Shown here: piece after piece, positions 34,470 to 48,107 of the stretch
Layout of the letters: each line of letters opens with the position of its first letter
Position numbering within the stretch: position 1 is the stretch's first letter
Translations under genes and position numbers: made by a program
The notes under the pieces: model-generated
The model's database searches: none
What the model saw: only the letters and a program-made list of their open reading frames with translations
Told to the model about the DNA's origin: nothing
Assembly: GCA_002269645.1 (NCBI GenBank)
Contig: NIVC01000019.1
Coordinates: forward strand, 620,001-684,000
From: Macrostomum lignano
Taxonomy: Eukaryota
DNA length: 64,000 bases
Direction of reading: 5' to 3'

Positions 34470-36455
34470 GAGAGAGGGGGAGAATGAGAGAAGTGAGGGG
34501 GAGAGAGAAGTTCATAGAGTGAGAGAGTAGGGAAGAATGAGAGGACGGGTGAATGAGAGAAGAGAGTGAAAGAGAGAAGAGGGGGGAGAATGAGAGAGGA
34601 GAAGGGGAGAATGAGAGAAGAAGTTAAGAATGAGAGAAGAGAGGGGGAGAATGAGAGAAGAGAAGGGGAAAATGAGAGAAGAGAGGGGGAGAATGAGAGA
34701 AGAAGTTAAGAATGAGAGAAGAGAGGGGGAGAATGAGAGAAGAAATGGGAGAATGAGAGAAGAAGTTAAGAATGAGAGAAGAGAGGGGAGAATGAGAGAA
34801 GAGAGGAGGAGAATGAGAGAAGAGAAGGGGAGAATGAGAGAAGAAAGGGGGAGAATGAGAGAAGAAAGGGGGAGAATGAGAGAAGAAAGGGGGAGAATGA
34901 GAGAAAGAGGGGAGAAGGAGAGAAGAGAGGGGGGAGAATGAGAGAAGAAAGGGGGAGAATGAGAGAAGAGAAGGGGAAAATGAGAGAAGAGAGGGGGAGA
35001 ATGAGAGAAGAAGTTAAGAATGAGAGGAGAGGGGGAGAATGAGAGAAGAAAGGGGAGAATGAGAGAAGAGAGGGGGAGAATGAGAGAAGAGAAGGGGAGA
35101 ATGAGAGAAGAAAGGGGGAGAATGAGAGAAGAAAGGGGGAGAATGAGAGAAGAAAGGGGGAGAATGAGAGAAGAAAGGGGGAGAATGAGAGAAAGAGGGG
35201 AGAAGGAGAGAAGAGAGGGGGGAGAATGAGAGAAGAAAGGGGGAGAATGAGAGAAGAGCAGGGGAAAATGAGAGAAGAGAGGGGGAGAATGAGAGAAGAA
35301 GTTAAGAATGAGAGAAGAAAGGGGAGAATGAGAGAAGAGAGGGGGAGAATGAGAGAAGAAATGGGGAATGAGAGAAGAGAAGGGGAGAATGAGAGAAGAA
35401 GTTAAGAATGAGAGAAGAGAGGGGGAGAATGAGAGAAGAGAGGGGGAGAATGAGAGAAGAGAAGGGGAGAATGAGAGAAGAGAAGGGGAAAATGAGAGAA
35501 AAGAGGGGGAGAATGAGAGAAGAAGTTAAGAATGAGAGAAGAGAGGGGGAGAATGAGAGAAGAAAGGGGAGAATGAGAGAAGAAGTTAAGAATGAGAGAA
35601 GAGAGGGGGAGAATGAGAGAAGAAATGGGGAATGAGAGAAGAGAAGGGGAGAATGAGAGAAGAAGTTAAGAATGAGAGAAGAGAGGGGGAGAATGAGAGA
35701 AGAGAGGAGGAGAATGAGAGAAGAGAAGGGGAGAATGAGAGAAGAAAGGGGGAGAATGAGAGAAGAAAGGGGGAGAATGAGAGAAGAAAGGGGGAGAATG
35801 AGAGAAAGAGGGGAGAAGGAGAGAAGAGAGGGGGGAGAATGAGAGAAGAAAGGGGGAGAATGAGAGAAGAGAAGGGGAAAATGAGAGAAGAGAGGGGGAG
35901 AATGAGAGAAGAAGTTAAGAATGAGAGAAGAGAGGGGGAGAATGAGAGAAGAAAGGGGAGAATGAGAGAAGAAGTTAAGAATGAGAGAAGAGAGGGGGAG
36001 AATGAGAGAAGAAATGGGGAATGAGAGAAGAGAAGGGGAGAATGAGAGAAGAAGTTAAGAATGAGAGAAGAGAGGGGGAGAATGAGAGAAGAGAGGGGGA
36101 GAATGAGAGAAGAGAAGGGGAGAATGAGAGAAGAAAGGGGGAGAATGAGAGAAGAAAGGGGGAGAATGAGAGAATAAAGGGGGAGAAGGAGAGAAGAGAA
36201 GGGGAAAATGAGAGAGAGAAGAAAGGGGGAGAATGAGAAACGAAAGGGGGAGAATGAGAGAAGAAAAGGTGAGAATGAGAGAAGAGAGAGAAGAATGAGA
36301 GAAGAAAGGGGGGAGAATGAAAGAAGAGAAGGGGAGAATGGGAGAAAAGAGGGGAGGAATGAGAGAAGAGAGGGGAGTAGGAGAAAAGAGGGGAGGAATG
36401 AGAGAAGAGGGGGATAATGAGAGAAGAGAGGGGAGAAGGAGAAAAGAGGGAGAGA
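34470..36455. repeat. About 2-kb GA-rich polypurine minisatellite
   Basis: GAATGAGAGAAGA-type units with G runs and AGTTAAG variants. Confidence 0.95.
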
Positions 36456-37459
36456 GAAGGCAGTAAATAACAGAAAGCCGAGAGGGGAGGCTCCAGTAAG
36501 AACGCAAAGGCAGTCGCAGATGGCGCTGGTAAACAAGAAGACGGACAAGATAAAGCAGTCGAAAATTGAGTCGGAAGCCAGAGTGAGCAGCCCAAGTCTG
36601 TTTTCTGTTTTTATCGACTCGCTAATTGGTGTTTTGTGATGGCGAGTTTCTTAGCAAATTGCTAATAGATAAATTGCTCAATTGCTTGGTGATTGTGTGG
36701 GCGGACATTTCTCTGCACGAGCACCTGATATAAACACGAGCAAGTAAAGAGAAGAGATATACTGCTCAAGCATATGGACACATATCTCCCTTGTCGTCTT
36801 GCTGGACTCTGGGCGTGTTGCATGGTAAACGCATGCTGGGAGAGAAGGCAAACTCTGCTTTGAGAGCGCGTGCGTGTTGCCTGTGAGTCAGCTGAGACCC
36901 TATGCTGGTAGTGTATATTCAAAGCGTACATGCCCACCAGCCTCAATGGCATTCATTTGCCCGCTTTGCGCATAAACAGCTGACCAATTCTTTCCTTTTT
37001 TGAATTTCGCGGCAGGCAAAAGAAACGAAAAGCAATTCAAGCAACGGTCACCGTATGGAGCCGCGGCAGGCTTGGCATAACTGCATGTGGGGGCTGGGGG
37101 CTGTTTGGCTTTAGTGCAGGCCTCGAGTACGCGTGCTCTGAGCCTCCCTGCCCTCTCCTCTACAGGCTGGGGTGGGAAGTGGGGAGCTCTGCATGCAGTT
37201 GCCGATGCGATGACTCATCGTGCGCTAGCGAGTATGCGGCGCTATGAAGAGAAGGGGGTTTCGCGCTGCTCATGACTGGAGCACTCAAATAATTGTTATT
37301 ATAATTCGCAAATACCATTAGTGTATTTATGGATATGAATTAAAGGCAGATTGTTCCCAGAAAGGATGAAACTCTCACTGTGGGCGGCTTTCGGCGCATT
37401 TTTAACGCTAATAGGTTTATTCGGTGTTGTACTATTGCGTGAAATCGACTTAGTGCAGC

Positions 37460-37650
37460 TGAACAATGACCGTTTTAGTGCCCGAACAATGACCGTTTTA
37501 GTGCCTGCCCGAACAATGACCGTTTTAGTGCCCGAACAATGACCGTTTTAGTGCCTGCCCGAACAATGACCGTTTTAGTGCCCGAACAATGACCGCTTTA
37601 GTGCCCGAACAATGACCGTTTTAGTGCCCGAACAATGACCGTTTTAGCAG
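37460..37650. repeat. 23-bp minisatellite
   Basis: GAACAATGACCGTTTTAGTGCCC x about 7. Confidence 0.9.
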
Positions 37651-40600
37651 CAAAAACAATGAACAATTTAGCAGCGACATAGGAACAAATGAGGTTGATA
37701 GTAACCAAGTACGGTGACCGAGTTGTTATACCAAAGATAGCTGGGAATATAGTTATAAAGGCCTGAGGCGCTCCATGGCATAAGCCTCACCCCTGTAGTG
37801 ATGCACAGCTGAGGTAGAAACTAAAAAGGTAGTATTTAGGTTCATAAATAATAGCTACTGTTTAGCTTAGCGATGAGTCAGCTCGCGCTGCAGTCCCCTG
37901 CACCTTAGCAGCTCCCAGCGTATTGTATAGCAAGCAGTCCATAAATGCTATGCGCCGTTTGCATTGCATTTGCCCTCTGCACCCGCGACTCCGGTCAAAT
38001 CTCTTTTCTTAATGTGTTGTGTGCGGCGCAGTTCCCATGCACTGTTTCATGGCTCAGTCTCTCTGCACTCGCGCCCAAAATCCTGCTCTCCTTCGCCTCA
38101 ATCCTTCTCTAAGTCTATCCTTTTGTTCCCACGGGCTAACTCCAATGAGGGTGTGGGATTTGGGAACTGCTGGATGAGTCATCCAACTTCCTGAACTCAT
38201 CCGGGACTCGTGCCTACAGTTCTATTTGAAAAATCCATAGTACATTTACAAACTGAAACACCTGAAACCGAGTCAGTGCGCAATTTAAGTGGCGGTGCTT
38301 TGCTCTAGAATCTAAATAAACATTTTAGACAAATTAGAGGCTCTAACGTTAAGTCTGTATCAACTTATTGTTGCAGTACAGAAATAAAGTGTCTGTTTTA
38401 AATTTCATAACATTTATATTGTAAGGTTTTTGTAACTATGAGCAAGAGATTTGAAGCAAGAACAGCTTGTCCTTTTTGACATTTTGATCAAATGTCTGTA
38501 AAAAGACCGCCAGCAGGGATAAGGAAGAGTCAGAGATGAAAGCCGGGAAGGATTGGAGGTGACCCGATTTGACCTCTCCAGTCTCAGCTGACGAGGGGGG
38601 GGGGCTAGCCTCAGCTTTCGCGCTCTTTTCCTCCCCTCACAGTCCACACCCCAGCCCCTGTCCTAGGTCGACCCCCCTGTCCTTACACAGTGCGTTCAAC
38701 ATACCAAACGTTGGGGGGTTGGTGTCCTCAAGAAAGGAAATGGGGAGGGTTGATAAACTATTTGCGTAGCAGCGCTGGAGCCGTGCCGTGGGAATGGCGG
38801 GCAGGGGTGACAGCTTGAGGTTGGGGAGGGGGGGTTGGGTGTTTAGCCAAGGAGAAACAAATCTAAATATATGCGGTGTGTGTACATGCCCGGAATTTCG
38901 TAGAAGGGTAGGCGCGAGAAACCCCAAGAGTGCGCGTACACTCAGTTGATTATCTATCACTCTACCCCCCCCCCTCCCTGTGCTGCAATCCGCCTGACCC
39001 GTAGAGGTCAGGCTGGGACAAGCGACCGGTTCAGCCCAGGACGGGAGGGCCCTCACTCAGCTGATTGGGGGGGGGGGTGGCAGCGTTTCAGCCCCAACCC
39101 CCCCCCCCTCTATTGAATTTGTGTTGCTGGTGCAGAGAAGGGGGTGTGGGTGCCCAACGGGAGGCCATGCGGGGTTTGGGGGTCTGGGGGGGGAGGGAGA
39201 GGCAATGAGGTTGGGGGAGGAGGTTTGAACTCTGCGCATCCAGATAAAAGGCGCAACCCCCGGCGCAATTGCCACCGCCAGTTCTCCGCTCTCCGCTGCT
39301 AGTCAGCTCTCTTAGGCGAGAAATTGGCTAAGCTTTATATTTGAGTTATTTGATTTTTTATATTGCGAGCAGTAAGACATCTTCCTGTAACCACGGACGT
39401 GTTGTCCTTGCAGCCAAACAGGATACAGAACTCAACTGTTGCCCCCGGTCGTCGAGATCATTCAAGCGGCTTATAGATTTAACTCTGCATTATAATTTGA
39501 CGTGGGTTGGTGGTCATTCGGTGTCACTGTGCTAATTTATTAATTAATAATTGCGCCTGTCACCGGGTGGTCATTCATCCGCAGAAAGCAGACTAATCTA
39601 CAGTTTATGTCCCACCCCGCCGTCCACACAATATTTGACTTAATTGTCATGGCCGTGGATTTCATTTGATTAGCCTCGTACTTCAGGTTGTTAATAAAAC
39701 TGCAAAACACTAATAATGTGTTGTTTAATCTCTTGACTGCTTCAAAGCTGAAGTTGGGATCTGTTTGTACTGTTATTAACTATCATATATGCCCCGGAAT
39801 GTGGGTAGGCCTGGACCGTACCATCATTCAAGGCCTCGAGGTCATGACCCCCCGAATAAAGTACATGTACGAGTGGCCCAGTAGTCAGCATCCATACCTA
39901 AATCTGTCTTGTGAGGCCGATTGAGATCGAAGGGACTCCAGCAGAGCAGCTGCCAAAGTGTCCGAGATTTATCGATCTGACCTGGGATAGTCAATTCCTC
40001 CCCTTCCCAACCCTAAATCCCATCACTTTGAAACTAACTAAAATGCGCCCCACACTGTAATCTCTTAAATACGAAGATAGTGTATAAGATGGAATCAACT
40101 TCTCGTTCTTTATTTTTTTTTCAAAGAAGTCTTAAGTTTCCTTGTGCATATCGTGACCTTTAAAATTCACCTTCATTTTGTTTACACTGAGCAACAGCTG
40201 CACTTGCTGCACTACTAACAGTAGCAAAACTTGCGCTTCTTGATTAAATTGTGTTTTCAAACGTCAAAACGCTATTTAAGAGAATTGCGAATGTGTTACC
40301 ACCTGTCTCACTGCCTGTCTTCAGCACTTTCATGATCAGGATCTGCCTGTAACGTGCAGCATCCAGTCTGTACGTAGCCCTGGTCGAAACACACTGGTGG
40401 CATCTTAGCGCCATTTGAAGCAACAATGCCGAGCATCATGACTGATCATCGTACTCACAAACATTTTCTAACATTACATTTTTCACGACCTTGTAAATTT
40501 AGTCATAATTATGCGGTCACACAGTGTAGTTTATCCACTTTTCAATATCATCAGCTGTTTTCAATTTATTTGAGTAGCAAAACATAATTAAACAACACAA

Positions 40601-40770
40601 AAAGCCGCCTGCACCTCTAGTACGGCACCTAGATTAGACGGAAACTTCTCAATGTTTTGTGACTAAAATTGACTACAAGCTGAGCATCGATACATATCAA
40701 GTAAACCATGTCAGGGTATTTGATTGCAGTTAAACTATCAGCATCCGGTTAGCAACCGGCTGTGTCCGAA

Positions 40771-40971
40771 TCAAAGAAGCAGACAGCCTCCCTTCTCCTG
40801 GAACGGATTGTCTTTCTTGGATGCGAAGCCGGACACCAGGAAGTCCTTGTCCTTGTTGCTGTTCATGAAGCCGATCATGTCCTTGACGCACTCGGACACA
40901 GGTTTTCGGGCCATGCTGGCTTCGGAGCGGAGCTGCTCAACAATCTTCTTCTGCTGGGCGATGGAGGACAT
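40771..40971 (-). CDS. Heterotrimeric G-protein gamma subunit, 66 aa
   Basis: MSSIAQQKKIVEQLRSEASMARKPVSECVKDM...DFLV...NPFQEKGGCLLL: GGL pattern, NPF motif and CAAX box. An acceptor-like CCTCCAG lies about 15 nt upstream of the ATG. Confidence 0.93.
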   Translation of the reverse strand: MSSIAQQKKIVEQLRSEASMARKPVSECVKDMIGFMNSNKDKDFLVSGFASKKDNPFQEKGGCLLL

Positions 40972-41049
40972 TGCTTGCAGATTTCCTGGAGGAGAGTCGT
41001 TTGGAAAATGAGAGCGCATAAAATAGCAGCGTGTACTTTTGTTCTCTAG

Positions 41050-41575
41050 ACTCCCGTCTGTCTTAGTAGTTTCTCCCGTCTGTCTTAGTAGTATCTCCCG
41101 TCTGTCTTAGTAGGTGTCTCCCATCTGTCTTAGTAGTGTCTCCCGTCTGTCTTAGTAGTGTCTCCCGTCTGTCTTAGTAGTGTTTCCCGTCTGTCTTAGT
41201 AGTGTCTCCTGTCTGTCTTAGTAGTGTCTCCCGTCTGTCTTAGTAGTGTCTCCCGTCTGTCTGAGTAGTGTCTCCCGTCTGTCTGAGTAGTGTCTCCTGT
41301 CTGTCTTAGTAGTGTCTCCCGTCTGTCTTAGTAGTGTCTCCCATCTGTCTGAGTAGTGTCTCCCGTCTGTCTTAGTAGTGTCTCCCATCTGTCTTAGTAG
41401 TGTCTCCCGTCTGTCTTAGTAGTGTCTCCTGTCTGTCTTAGTAGTGTCTCCCGTCTGTCTTAGTAGTGTCTCCCATCTGTCTGAGTAGTGTCTCCCGTCT
41501 GTCTTAGTAGTGTCTCCCGTCTGTCTTAGTAGGTGTCTCCCATCTGCTGAGTAGTGTCTCCCGTCGGTCTCAGTA
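41050..41575. repeat. 22-bp minisatellite upstream of the G-gamma CDS
   Basis: CTCCCGTCTGTCTTAGTAGTGT tandem copies. Confidence 0.93.
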
Positions 41576-42279
41576 GTCTTTTGCAAAGTCTTATCCCAAC
41601 ATTGTCTTCGTTAAAGCCAGTGTTGTCTGCCCGTCTTTAGTGTCTGTCTGTCTGTCTGTTTCTGCGCCTCTGTAGCCAAATAAACTGTTGTTTGAAAGCA
41701 GCAGATGCCATTGTCCCACTCACCCTTTTAGTAGACTTTTGATTTGTCGTCCTGCGAAAATGTAGAGAATTTGCCGCAATCCGATGTTTTCCGTTTCAGC
41801 TGGGAATCCTCAAGAAGGAAGTTTTGTTCCAAGCGTCGAAGGTCTCTAGCGCCGGCTGTGGACCCATCTGCTTTTTCTTTCTTCTTCCTCTCTTGTCTTC
41901 CCAACCCCTATGTGCTTCAGGCTTCTCTGATCCCAGCTTGGGATGCGGGACCGGACTCAGCCCCGTCCCCTGCTGAGTACTCTGAGGGATTGAGAGTCCT
42001 GCGAGTCGGGAGAAAAGACGAAATGCAGAGATAGAAAGAGATGGGCGGCACCAACTGCTCCTGTACGAGCGTACAGACTCATAAGCTGCATCGATCGAAT
42101 CTCAAAAAAACTCTCACCACCAGGGTGCACTCGTGGCGACGAGTTTATGTGTTTACAGCTCTTCTTGAGACCGCATACATCTCATGACCCATGAAAAGAG
42201 TTCCAAATGTACTTTCTTTTAACCTTGTTTGTTAGTCTCTTTTCTCTGTGCTACTGTAGGAGATGAAAGTCTTTTAAAC

Positions 42280-43310
42280 TCTGTCATCGCCTGTCTCACC
42301 GCCTGTCTCATTAACTGTCTCACCGCCTGTCACATTAACTGTCTCACCGCCTGTCACATTAACTGTCTCACCGCCTGTCACATTAACTGTCTCACCGCCT
42401 GTCACATTAACTGTCTCACCGCCTGTCACATTAACTGTCTCACCGCCTGTCTCATTAACTGTCTCACCGCCTGTCACATTAACTGTCTCACCGCCTGTCA
42501 CATTAACTGTCTCACCGCCTGTCTCACCGCCTGTCTCATCACACACTTAGCTGTTTCACCGCCCGTATCATCACACACTTTGCTGTTTTACCGCCTGTCT
42601 CACCGCTTGTCTCACCGCCCCTCTCATCACACACTTAGCTGTTTCACCGCCCGTCTCATCACACACTTAGCTGTCTCACCGCCCGTCTCATCACACACTT
42701 AGCTGTCTCACCGCCTGTCTCACCGCCTGTCTCACCGCCTGTATCACCGCCTGTCTCACCGCCTGTCTCACCGCCTGTCTCATCACACACTCAGCTGTCT
42801 CACCGCCTGTCTCACCGCCTGTCTCACTGCCTGTCTCACCGCCTGTCTCACTGCCTGTCTCATCACCTGTCTCACCGCCTGTCTCACCGCCTGTCTCACT
42901 GCCTGTCTCACCACCTGTCTCACTGCCTGTCTCACCGCCTGTCTCACCACCTGTCTCACTGCCTGTCTCACCACCTGTCTCACCACCTGTCTCACCGCCT
43001 GTCTCACCACCTGTCTCACTGCCTGTCTCACCACCTGTCTCACCACCTGTCTCACTGCCTGTCTCACCACCTGTCTCACCACCTGTCTCACCACCTGTCT
43101 CACCGCCTGTCTCACTGCCTGTCTCACCACCTGTCTCACTGCCTGTCTCACTGCCTGTCTCACCACCTGTCTCACTGCCTGTCTCACCACCTGTCTCACC
43201 ACCTGTCTCACCGCCTGTCTCACCACCTGTCTCACTGCCTGTCTCACCACCTGTGTCACCGCCCGTCTCACCGCCCGTCTCATCACACACTTAGGTCTTT
43301 CCCGCCCGTC
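42280..43310. repeat. Compound 24-bp then 12-bp minisatellite
   Basis: CTGTCTCACCGCCTGTCACATTAA, then CTGTCTCACCGC/ACCAC/ACTGC. Confidence 0.94.
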
Positions 43311-44013
43311 TCACCACTTATAAAAGAGAACTTATGAAAAGGAGTATGTAAAAGAGAGTTTGTTCAATTTTTTTAATGAAAGGTGCACTTTTCAAAGTCA
43401 ATCTGTCAATCAGCTCTTATTGCTGCACTTCTTGAAGAGCGACCTTCATGTCCAACTCTCGTTCTCGCGCAGACGTCATCGCAACGACTGCAGTAACAAC
43501 GCTTTTAGCTCAAGTTTTTTAGGCGTTTACCAACTTTCTCCTAAAACTTTAGCCGGCTGTCTCACGGTTAGAAAAAGTGAATTGTCTCTCCCAGGCTCCT
43601 AAACAGAAGGATTGTTAAACTATTTTGGTCGCAAACCCGCCTCATCCCCCTGTGCAGCAGCGCCCAGGCAGCATTCATAAATAATTCAGCAGCTGGGACT
43701 GCCTCACTGATCCGTCGGGGAGGAGGACGCGGACGAGAGAGCAGTGTGCGCATCGGTGCTGCTCAGCGTACCTGAAAAAAGCCCATTGGAACTCCGACAA
43801 AGGCGACACAGCTCTCAGCAACACACTTAGAGACAGAGAGCTAAAGTGATGGGGTGGGGGTCGGGAATTGGGAAGAGCTGTCGGGAAAGAAAATAGGAAC
43901 CGCATTGGAGGGAAAAGAATGCCATCGGACGGGCTTAGGGGATAAAACACTCCGCTTCTCCATCCTTCTCTACAGTTGAGTCCAGCATCCTTCCCAAGGC
44001 TGATGCGGCAGTC

Positions 44014-44922
44014 ATGACTCCCGCAGCAGTTGCCAGGCAGATTCAGTCCACGGATTACGATCAGTGGTCCAGGAGACGGCCTGCTCTGCAGGAGCAGCCG
44101 CAGCAGCAGCAATCGCGAAAGCAACAACACCGGAGGCGCAGGCAGCACCGGCGGGGGAGCTGCGAAGTCGGCGATGACGCGGCTGCAGCGGAGCGGCGGG
44201 AGCGGGACGAGCTGCGCCGAGAGCAGCGCCGGCAGAAGCGCGACGCAGCCGCTGCCAAACGATCGTGGCTGCCCAGCGTGCAGAACATCTCGCTCTTGGG
44301 GCCGCCGCCCTCGATGCCGCCACCGTCGCAGCTGTCCAAAAAGACGCTGAAGACACCGCCGCTGCTGCTGCCGCCAGCTTGCAAGGCGTCGCCAGGCAGC
44401 ACCGGCAGCTGTTCGGTGTCCAGCGGCCGCGGCGGCGACGGTAACGACGCTGACGGCAGCAGCAGCAGCAGCGAGACACCGACTGAGGCCTCGAACGATT
44501 CTGAATCCGAGCCGCTCGCGAACGCTAAGCTTGCGGGGGCGATCCGGAACGAGGAGGATGAGGAGGAGCTGGCTGAGCGGCAGTTCCTCCTGTCGCTGGG
44601 CATCAACTACAGTCCCGGCCGGTTCCGCTGTCGGCGTCGCGACGGCGACCGCGGCGGAGGCGGACGGCGTCAGCAGCGCCGGTGCTACGTTGCGGACGCG
44701 ACGGCGGTTCCCGCTGCCTCGGCCGCTTCCCCGACGGCGCCTCGCTCGGTGTCGCTGAGTCGAGCTGTCCACGTTACCCGCCTGAACCGAGTAGACGACG
44801 TTGAAAGCGAAGACGGAGAGGGCGACAATAGCCTTCTGGAAAATCCAAGGCGACGGAAGCTGCGGCTGGACGAGTTGGAGAGACGGCATCGGGCGGCGAA
44901 AGCGGCCGCGGCGGCCTCTTGA
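44014..44922 (+). CDS. Hypothetical low-complexity protein or terminal exon (302 aa), family unrecognised
   Basis: GC-rich 909-nt ORF with the same codon style as neighbouring real exons. Non-repetitive motifs: KRSWLPSV, ERQFLLSLGINYSP, basic RRRKLRL. Possible acceptors near 44038 and 44048. Confidence 0.55.
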   Translation: MTPAAVARQIQSTDYDQWSRRRPALQEQPQQQQSRKQQHRRRRQHRRGSCEVGDDAAAAERRERDELRREQRRQKRDAAAAKRSWLPSVQNISLLGPPPSMPPPSQLSKKTLKTPPLLLPPACKASPGSTGSCSVSSGRGGDGNDADGSSSSSETPTEASNDSESEPLANAKLAGAIRNEEDEEELAERQFLLSLGINYSPGRFRCRRRDGDRGGGGRRQQRRCYVADATAVPAASAASPTAPRSVSLSRAVHVTRLNRVDDVESEDGEGDNSLLENPRRRKLRLDELERRHRAAKAAAAAS

Positions 44923-44989
44923 CTTTGAGCTGGATTTGAGATCTAGGGGTGAGATTTAGGAGATCAAATCTTGGAAGGATTAGAAATCT

Positions 44990-45315
44990 TAAGATAGAAG
45001 GGTGAGATTTTAGTCATCACAGTGTGAAATTGGATTACGTAAGATGAGAGATTATAGGATGGATTGGAGTACACAGCGTGAGATTAGAGATCATAGATTG
45101 ATATATATTATAGATCACATAGTGAGATTAGAGATTACATGGTGAGATTGGAGATCACAGGGTGATATTGGTTTACACAGGGTAAGATTAGAGATTAAAG
45201 GGTGAGTTTGGAGTACACAATGTGAGATTAAAGATCACAGAGTGAGATCATAGATCAAAGGGTGAGATTAGAGATTACAGGATAAGATTAGAGATTGCAG
45301 GGTGAGATTATAGAT
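44990..45315. repeat. Degenerate about 21-23-bp repeat
   Basis: GGGTGAGATTAGAGATCACA-like copies. Confidence 0.7.
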
Positions 45316-45734
45316 CTTAAGCTGATCCGGTTGTTCAACTTTGCTTCATCTGCAGAAATGATTTTCCCCGTGTTAAAATGCGCTTCTCATGTCATTCGGA
45401 ACTTCACTTCAATTCATAAAATTGTTTGTTTTATTTCATAAAGTCAAACTTCTTGCCTCAAAACTTTGGAGCTTATATAATAATTTTGTGTGTACCACCT
45501 GTTCGCTTAGTAATTCTCAGAATATCTATAAATAGATTTAACTGTTAGCACAATATGCATCGCCGGTTGTGCAATCTCGAATTCATACTCGACGAGCTCT
45601 CTGATGAGTGAAACTGATCATTCTTGTTTGGTTCTCTACTGCAGACATTGCTGGATTTTCATGCTGGAGACTCACGACTGCCCGACACTTCCATTTAACG
45701 AATGCATCTTCTTTTCCTTCTTCTCCTACCCCAC

Positions 45735-46555
45735 TCTCCTCTCCCCCTCTCCCCCTCTCTCACTCTCCCCACTCTCCTCACTCTCCTCACTCTCCTCACT
45801 CTCCCACTCTCCTCACTCTCCCCACTCTCCCCACTCTCCTCACTCTCCCACTCTCCCCACTCTCCCCACTCTCCCCACTCTCCCCACTCTCCCCACTCTC
45901 CCACTCTCCCCACTCTCCCCACTCTCCCCACTCTCCCACTCTCCTCACTCTCCCACTCTCCCACTCTCCCCACTCTCCCCACTCTCCCCACTCTCCCACT
46001 CTCCTCACTCTCCCACTCTCCCCACTCTCCTCACTCTCCCACTCTCCTCACTCTCCCACTCTCCCCACTCTCCCACTCTCCCCACTCTCCCACTCTCCCC
46101 ACTCTCCCCACTCTCCCACTATCCTCACTCTCCCACTCTCCTCACTCTCCCACTCTCCCCACTCTCCCACTCTCCCCACTCTCCCACTCTCCCACTCTCC
46201 CACTCTCCCACTCTCCCACTCTCCCCACTCTCCCACTCTCCCCACTCTCCCACTCTCCCACTCTCCCACTCTCCCACTCTCCCACTCTCCCCACTCTCCC
46301 ACTCTCCCCACTCTCCCACTCTCCCACTCTCCCACTCTCCCACTCTCCCCACTCTCCCCACTCTCCTCACTCTCCCACTCTCCCCACTCTCCTCACTCTC
46401 CCCACTCTCCCCACTCTCCCCACTCTCCCACTCTCCCACTCTCCCACTCTCCCCACTCTCCCCACTCTCCCACTCTCCCCACTCTCCCCACTCTCCCCAC
46501 TCTCCCACTCTCCCCACTCTCCCACTCTCCTCACTCTCCCCACTCTCCTCACTTT
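45735..46555. repeat. (CCCACTCT)-type 8/9-bp G-free tract
   Basis: Direct observation. Confidence 0.94.
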
Positions 46556-47041
46556 TCCCACTTTCCTCACTCTCTCTCTTCCCCTTCTCCTTTTTTCCAC
46601 TTTCCTTTTTCCCCACTGTCCTCTCCCCCAGTCTCCTATCTCCCTATCTCTCCCACTAAACTCCTTGTCTACATCAAACAGACATCCAGACTTAAAATTT
46701 CACAAGGCAGGCCTACTGCAACTACTAAAAGTGGTATGTTTAGTTTGTAGAATCAGCTGCAACAAATGATGCTAATTTCATCATTGAGTAAAAAACGAAC
46801 TTTTTCTTCCGCAACAAAATCCTGCAAAACAATTTTTCATGAGTTATTCTCATTAAGTAGTACTCGTAAAAAACACCAAGAGCAGGTTGAAGTCACGGAC
46901 ATGAATCGCATGAATTCGAAATATCGTGATGGTTTCAAAAAGTATTTTGCGTTTGATGATGAACTCCCAGTTCTCAGATTGAGCAAAGATTTCTACGAGA
47001 ATGCTGCAGAAAACATGTTTCATTCAATTTACTCTATTTAA

Positions 47042-47487
<446 letters not shown>

Positions 47488-48107
47488 TCCCACCCACTAA
47501 TGACTTTAGCATCAGCACATCTGCACTTTTCCGGCCGATTCGATTTCCAGCTTCCACCTGACCTTCCGCCTCCTCCCGGAGCGCACCTGGGATGGCGGAT
47601 GACAAAATCTCGGCACCTCAGCTTCCCCAAGACGGAGGCTGAGCGCATCAAGGAAGGATGAAAAGCTAAAGAGAATTTTGGGACAGCGCCTTCATCAACC
47701 ACCCCAAGGAGCCTGGGACTGGAAAAGCGGACTGCGCGGGTCCTGACCCTCTAGCGAGTCCTGTCTCCCCAGGCCCCTCGTTTTGTCTCCGTGTCCAGCC
47801 AAGGGTATCTGTAGCAGCAAACTGGACTGGCAGTACAGTATCTGAGGCCAAACAGAGGCAGATTGGCTGGATTTTGTCAATTGCAATTTTCATACCAGCG
47901 ACATCAAGCGGCACGCAATGCTTTGACCTTGCTGCCCCCCCCCCTTTGTGGCTCATAAAGATAGACTGACAATGCCGTCATGCGATTTGGCCAATTTCCT
48001 TAGCCGTGTGTACCTGTGCCTATTAGTTTCTCTAATAGGCACAGATACTCCACGTTTCTCTCTCCACGAAGTATTGTGTTTTACACAACATATCGGAGAA
48101 TGTCGGC

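Noticed and set aside
36470-36590. Exon-like GC-richer segment after the GA tract
   Set aside because: Two frames are equally plausible and no linked exons or homology were recognised.
38580-39290. Poly-G/poly-C rich segments resembling hAT MITE interiors (also near 20567, 47935, 49480, 57925)
   Set aside because: Could not identify paired TIRs or TSDs.
43675-44889. 404-aa minus ORF, and the 469-aa minus ORF at 49911-51320
   Set aside because: Antisense shadows of GC-rich plus-strand coding regions.
45601-45614. CTGATGAGTGAAAC hammerhead-like core (also CTGATGA...GAAA on the minus strand near 57690)
   Set aside because: No stem II and no flanking helices that I could pair.
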